Below, one piece after another: positions 61,101 through 64,000 of a stretch of DNA of 64,000 nucleotides; position 1 is the first letter of the stretch, and every line of letters begins with the position of its first letter. The notes under the pieces are model-generated. The model worked only from the letters and a program-made list of their open reading frames with translations. It searched no databases and had not been told where the DNA came from. Position numbers and translations under genes: made by a program. Location: the NCBI GenBank assembly GCA_040220235.1, contig JAVJTO010000063.1; one strand, given 5' to 3'. Origin of the DNA: Coleofasciculus sp. B1-GNL1-01 (GTDB lineage Bacteria; Cyanobacteriota; Cyanobacteriia; Cyanobacteriales; Coleofasciculaceae).

Positions 61101-61546
61101 CGTCCTTGACTTCGATACAGAATTCCTAAATACGTTAAACTATCAGCAATATCAGGATGTTCCTCTCCATAGAGGTTCTGATAAAGGGTTAGCATCCGTT
61201 CGGCTAAGGGAATCGCTTCACTATATTGACCTTGATGGTAAAGTTGTTCAACCTGTTGCTTGAGTCGTTCGGCTTCGGCTAAGTCATCGGCTTCATTGGC
61301 GATAAGGGATGGAGGATGAGGGATAGGAGACGGAGGCGGTGATTGACTCAGGGCGATTGTAGGGATAGATAGGGATAAGGTAGCTAGTGCAAGAAGGCAG
61401 GAGGCAGAAGGCAGAAGGCAGGAGGGCAGAAAGCTTATACCGTAAGATTTTGCACCTTTTTTAACTGGAGAGTTACTTCCGCTGCGCTGGTCTAGAGATA
61501 GTTCTACCATGAAGAGTAGAGTAGGTCGAGTATCCCGGTTTAGCAT
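58184..61546 (-). CDS. TPR-repeat + CHAT (caspase-like) protein with catalytic Cys replaced by Val
   Basis: About 11 42-aa TPR units; HIATHG intact; LVVLSAVDTG in place of LSACxTG. Confidence 0.9.
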   Translation of the reverse strand: MLNRDTRPTLLFMVELSLDQRSGSNSPVKKGAKSYGISFLPSCLLPSASCLLALATLSLSIPTIALSQSPPPSPIPHPPSLIANEADDLAEAERLKQQVEQLYHQGQYSEAIPLAERMLTLYQNLYGEEHPDIADSLTYLGILYRSQGRYSEAEPLFRQVLVMIKRLYGEEHPDIATSLNNLALLYQNQGRYSEAEPLFRQALAMRKRLLGEEHPQIATSLNHLALLYQNQGRYSEAEPLFRQALEMRKRLLGQNHPDVATSLNNLALLYQNQGRYSEAEPLYRQALEMRKRLLGQNHPDVATSLNNLALLYQNQGRYSEAEPLFRQALEMKKRLLGEDHPWVATSLNNLALLYQNQGRYSEAEPLFRQALAMRKRLLGQNHPDVATSLNNLAALYRNQGRYSEAEPLYRQALEMRKRLLGQEHPDVAQSLHNLAVLYDTQGRYSEAESLYRQALEMFKRLLGQDHPDVATSLASLAALYRNQGRYSEAESLYRQALEMFKRLLGQDHPDVATSLNNLALLYRNQGRYTEAEPLFRQSLEIIKRLMGEDHPRVAMSLYNLAVLYSQLGDIDNTLTVLQEGLNIEEYNLTANLAAGSNRQKRDYLQTLSGSTNFAPSFHLNSAPNNPQAANLALTTIFRRKGRILDVSTNTLQRLRQNLTPENQALLAELADTYRQLTNLIYKTSENDITLPPEDYRIQLASLEQQAQQLENQLSRQSEQFRIESQPVTIETIQQLIPEDTVLVELVRYYHQGEPRYAAYILSSQGTPEAIDLGAAAIIDQKVADFRQLFQNGNQIPIPLIKQSARALDTVLMEPVRERMGNNRHILIAPDGTLNLIPFEVLVDENNRYLIETYSFSYLTSGRDLLRLQTSFPSQQPPVLIADPYFQRPGEVIQPRGKAMTPLSEMIPLIDLSQKTFTPLPGTAEEVEAIGQLLEVTPLTGSLATENVVKQVNRPSILHIATHGFLETNPESETVQTLRENYPLLLSGLVLAGFRVGGSGDEDGILTAQEMSLLNLMGTKLVVLSAVDTGLGHIETGEGIYGFRRALVLAGSESQVTSLWKISDAATVDLMVKYYQKLQDNQGRTEALRQSQLEMLNSEAYQHPYYWAAFILSGDWTPMER
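59870..61230 (-). repeat. 126-bp coding tandem repeats (TPR units)
   Basis: Recurrent GTAGCGTCCTTGATTT and CATCAGGATGATTCTGTCCCAGGAGGCGTTTTCTCATC at 126-nt spacing; boundaries approximate. Confidence 0.85.
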
Positions 61547-61629
61547 CCTAGTCGTCTCCCTTGTTCAATCCAGTACAAAGTCGAGATGATTCATTCAGTT
61601 TATCTCTAGAAATGATAAAACAAAATCCA

Positions 61630-62440
61630 CGTAGGGGCGCACCGACGTGCGCCCTAATTGCCAACGTGTGTCCTGATGTTTATCCTGGAAACAATTATCA
61701 ACCGCGTAGGGTGGGTTAGGCGGGCTTTCAAACTGAAACAGAAACCATTTAATCATCTGTCCGCCGTAACCCACCGATGTTCTGAGGCGAATAACTAATC
61801 ATCCGGCAAAAAATGGCTTAAAAAAGGGCGCACGTCATTAAATAAAGGGCGCACATCATTAAATAAAGGGCGCACTGAGGTTATGCGTTTTCAGTTAAAG
61901 AAACCCCTCACCCCCAACCCCTCTCCCACTCTGGGGAGAGGGGAGCAAGAATGTAGGGGCGGGTTTAGGGACTAAATTGGGTGGCTTAACGATAACTGAA
62001 CAACAAAACCCGCCCTTTATTTAATGGCGCTTTTGAACTCAATTTGTTCAAGGAATCTGTAATTTAAGCAAAGATAGGCTCGCATCCCTTACGACAAACT
62101 ACAAACTTTTAAAAATTCCTCACCTGAACATCGGTGGGTTAGGTTGGACACTTAATTGAATGGTTATTCGCTTCTATTAAATGCCGCCTAACCCACCCTA
62201 CGGCACTAATGTAAAAAATATCCATCTATTGTAGGGGCGGGTTTAGAGACTAAATTGGGTGGCTTAACAATAACTGAACAACAAAACCCGCCCTTGATTT
62301 AATGGCGCTTTTGAACTCAATTTGCCCGTGCAGACGTGCATTGGTGTCAACGTAAAGAAAACTCAAGGTATTGCGTTCTGGCAAGAGCTTAAGTTGACAC
62401 CAATGGTGGGGGTGTAGAGACGCGCCATGGCGCGTCTGGG
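61630..62440. repeat. Intergenic mosaic of GTAG-REP-like hairpins, a ~95-bp direct repeat (about 61952-62046 and 62230-62324), a 21-nt tandem and a MITE at 62339-62405
   Basis: GTAGGGGCGGGTTT...AAACCCGCCC family also at 2273, 26092, 28559 and 50353; CATTGGTGTCAAC...GTTGACACCAATG TIR. Confidence 0.8.
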
Positions 62441-62453
62441 AACGAGAGCCGGA

Positions 62454-62825
62454 CTATTCCCAGGCGTCGAGGTCTATGGCTTTTGAGCCACCTCGTTCTA
62501 GCTGTCCTAAAAGTTTACCCAACTGATACCACACTAACCAGCCAATGAATAGAGTTAGGGGTAGGGAAATGGTGTAAGCCAGGAATGTGGGAAAGCTAAA
62601 AATTTCTAGCCCAGCCGCCAGAAATACACAAATTCCGGCGGAAATTCCTAGGAATGGGATGAATAATGGCAATCCTTGCATTTGAGCCAGACTGCGAGAG
62701 GAACGGTTTTTTGACCATTCCTGTACCTTTTGTTTCAGTGTGGCTTCAAACGCCGCACCACAGGTAATCCCAGCCAATAAACCCATCACTAACAATAAAT
62801 AAGGCGGTTCGTGAAGATAATACAC
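62454..62825 (-). CDS. Membrane hypothetical protein
   Basis: CGAAFEATLKQ...GGSKAIDLD; three TMs. Confidence 0.75.
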   Translation of the reverse strand: MYYLHEPPYLLLVMGLLAGITCGAAFEATLKQKVQEWSKNRSSRSLAQMQGLPLFIPFLGISAGICVFLAAGLEIFSFPTFLAYTISLPLTLFIGWLVWYQLGKLLGQLERGGSKAIDLDAWE

Positions 62826-62907
62826 AAAGCACTCCCAGCATATAAGTCCGATACAGCCAGATTGTACACTGTCCAGCCTTGAAGCGGTGACGTATTGAGT
62901 TATTGAG

Positions 62908-63312
62908 TTATGATTTACTTTGGCGATGTGACCGACGTGAGTAGACCCAAGCCGATCGCATCCAGGTCCAACCCAGGAAACTGCCGATAAAATAAGCGGG
63001 GAAATCTGACCAGGTAAAGGTATTCCCCAAGATAACCCGACCCAGTAACGTGGCTCGAATGGCTTGCAAAAATGGAGGTTGCCATAGTTGCAGAACCTCC
63101 AGCAGACAAGTAACTATACAGACGCCTACCGCTGTCCACAGGGGAGACGCTTGGGGAAAGAAAAGTCCAACCAAGAGAATCCAGAAAATCTCATAAGCAA
63201 AGCTACCCAGTCGGTCATTCAGCCATTCCGGTGCAGGTGCGTAAAACCGCACCGCATACCCCAAAGGAGCAATGAGGATAATGCTGATGAGCAGGATAAT
63301 GCGATATTTCAA
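62908..63312 (-). CDS. DUF2809 membrane protein
   Basis: LEVLQLWQPPFLQAIRATLLGRVILGNTFTWSD. Confidence 0.85.
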   Translation of the reverse strand: MKYRIILLISIILIAPLGYAVRFYAPAPEWLNDRLGSFAYEIFWILLVGLFFPQASPLWTAVGVCIVTCLLEVLQLWQPPFLQAIRATLLGRVILGNTFTWSDFPAYFIGSFLGWTWMRSAWVYSRRSHRQSKS

Positions 63313-63334
63313 AATAGGATAGTGGTCAACCTCT

Positions 63335-63856
63335 CTACACCCATGGCTTTAACTCAGGATTAGCACTCAACTCTAATTCTGGAAACGCATAAACGACAAC
63401 GCCTGTATCGGGGTCATTGTCAATATTCACATACCCGGACTTGACCAAATCGTTCAACGTCGCTTCTACTTCCGCAAACCCTCGTCCCGTATCGACAACC
63501 CCCTGAGTCACGGACAATTTACCGCCTCTCGCTTCAGCCGCTTTCACTAATTGAACAACAAAGGAGTCATGGTTTAAAGTAGCAGGAGCATGATAAGGCT
63601 GGACTAATGTGGGTGAACCAGAAACCGTTGCTTCTCCAGCGATGCGATCGCGCTTCCCATATTTGAGATAATGTTCTTCTACCATGCCGGGAATTAGAAA
63701 CAGGTCAATGAATTGACCAACCCCAAATAATCCCCCCGTACAAAACCACAACAAACCTGTGCCAATCTTACCATTGTAGAAACGGTGCAATCCGGCAAAT
63801 CCAAACAGAAAGCCGAACCACAACAAATAACTCCCCTCACGTCTATTTATCTCCAT
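63335..63856 (-). CDS. TM2/NINE domain protein
   Basis: YLLW...[38 protein letters not shown] 63856 follows GAGGAGG. Confidence 0.85.
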   Translation of the reverse strand: MEINRREGSYLLWFGFLFGFAGLHRFYNGKIGTGLLWFCTGGLFGVGQFIDLFLIPGMVEEHYLKYGKRDRIAGEATVSGSPTLVQPYHAPATLNHDSFVVQLVKAAEARGGKLSVTQGVVDTGRGFAEVEATLNDLVKSGYVNIDNDPDTGVVVYAFPELELSANPELKPWV

Positions 63857-64000
63857 TGCCAATCCTCCTCTTGGTTTGGTTTAGCTAAAGCGCTCTTTCC
63901 CGGTCACAGGCTGCATCGGCTTAAACTCCAGCGTGATTAACGTAAAGCCAGCCACTGTAAGTTGTCCTGTGGTTCTTTACACGCTTTCTTTCATTATCGC

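Noticed and set aside
59870..61230. TPR repeats or the cyclase duplication as a DGR template/variable pair
   Set aside because: No reverse transcriptase in the window, and differences do not look adenine-specific
61822..61874. 21-nt repeats as a mini CRISPR array
   Set aside because: Units are contiguous tandem copies with no unique spacers, and no cas genes are in the window

Overview
Chromosomal segment of a filamentous cyanobacterium. The HIP1 octamer GCGATCGC is very frequent, and GTAG-tagged palindromes and TA-flanked MITE-like elements crowd the intergenic DNA; a Coleofasciculus-like mat former is an inference only. Housekeeping genes (scpB, tRNA-Asp, gltX, dacB, x-type thioredoxin, two pspA/vipp1, menB, ureC, ftsH, UvrD-like helicase) alternate with accessory blocks. 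(1) A toxin-antitoxin/defence hotspot at 3.3-6.1 kb: a deleted MNT-HEPN remnant, an intact ParA-ATPase + HEPN pair and a truncated Panacea gene. (2) A sulfide-handling island at 6.2-11.6 kb: type I sqr divergent from petC, rhodanese, a TMT1/MddH-like thiol methyltransferase, a CxxC flavoprotein and an exported rhodanese, with palindromes over both predicted promoters. (3) An LCIB/theta-carbonic anhydrase next to tRNA-Asp. (4) A Tat-AKR/menB chimera beside a SxtT/VanA-like Rieske oxygenase. (5) A coupled ABC-ATPase + PIN-like pair. (6) Trypco1 + trypsin-NACHT-TM followed by two Ser/Thr kinases. (7) Two related class III nucleotide cyclases, one fused to kinase-AAA-GAF. (8) A TPR-CHAT protein whose catalytic Cys is replaced by Val. 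No CRISPR array, rRNA, reverse transcriptase or intact transposase was seen. All family calls come from motif recognition by eye, not database searches.
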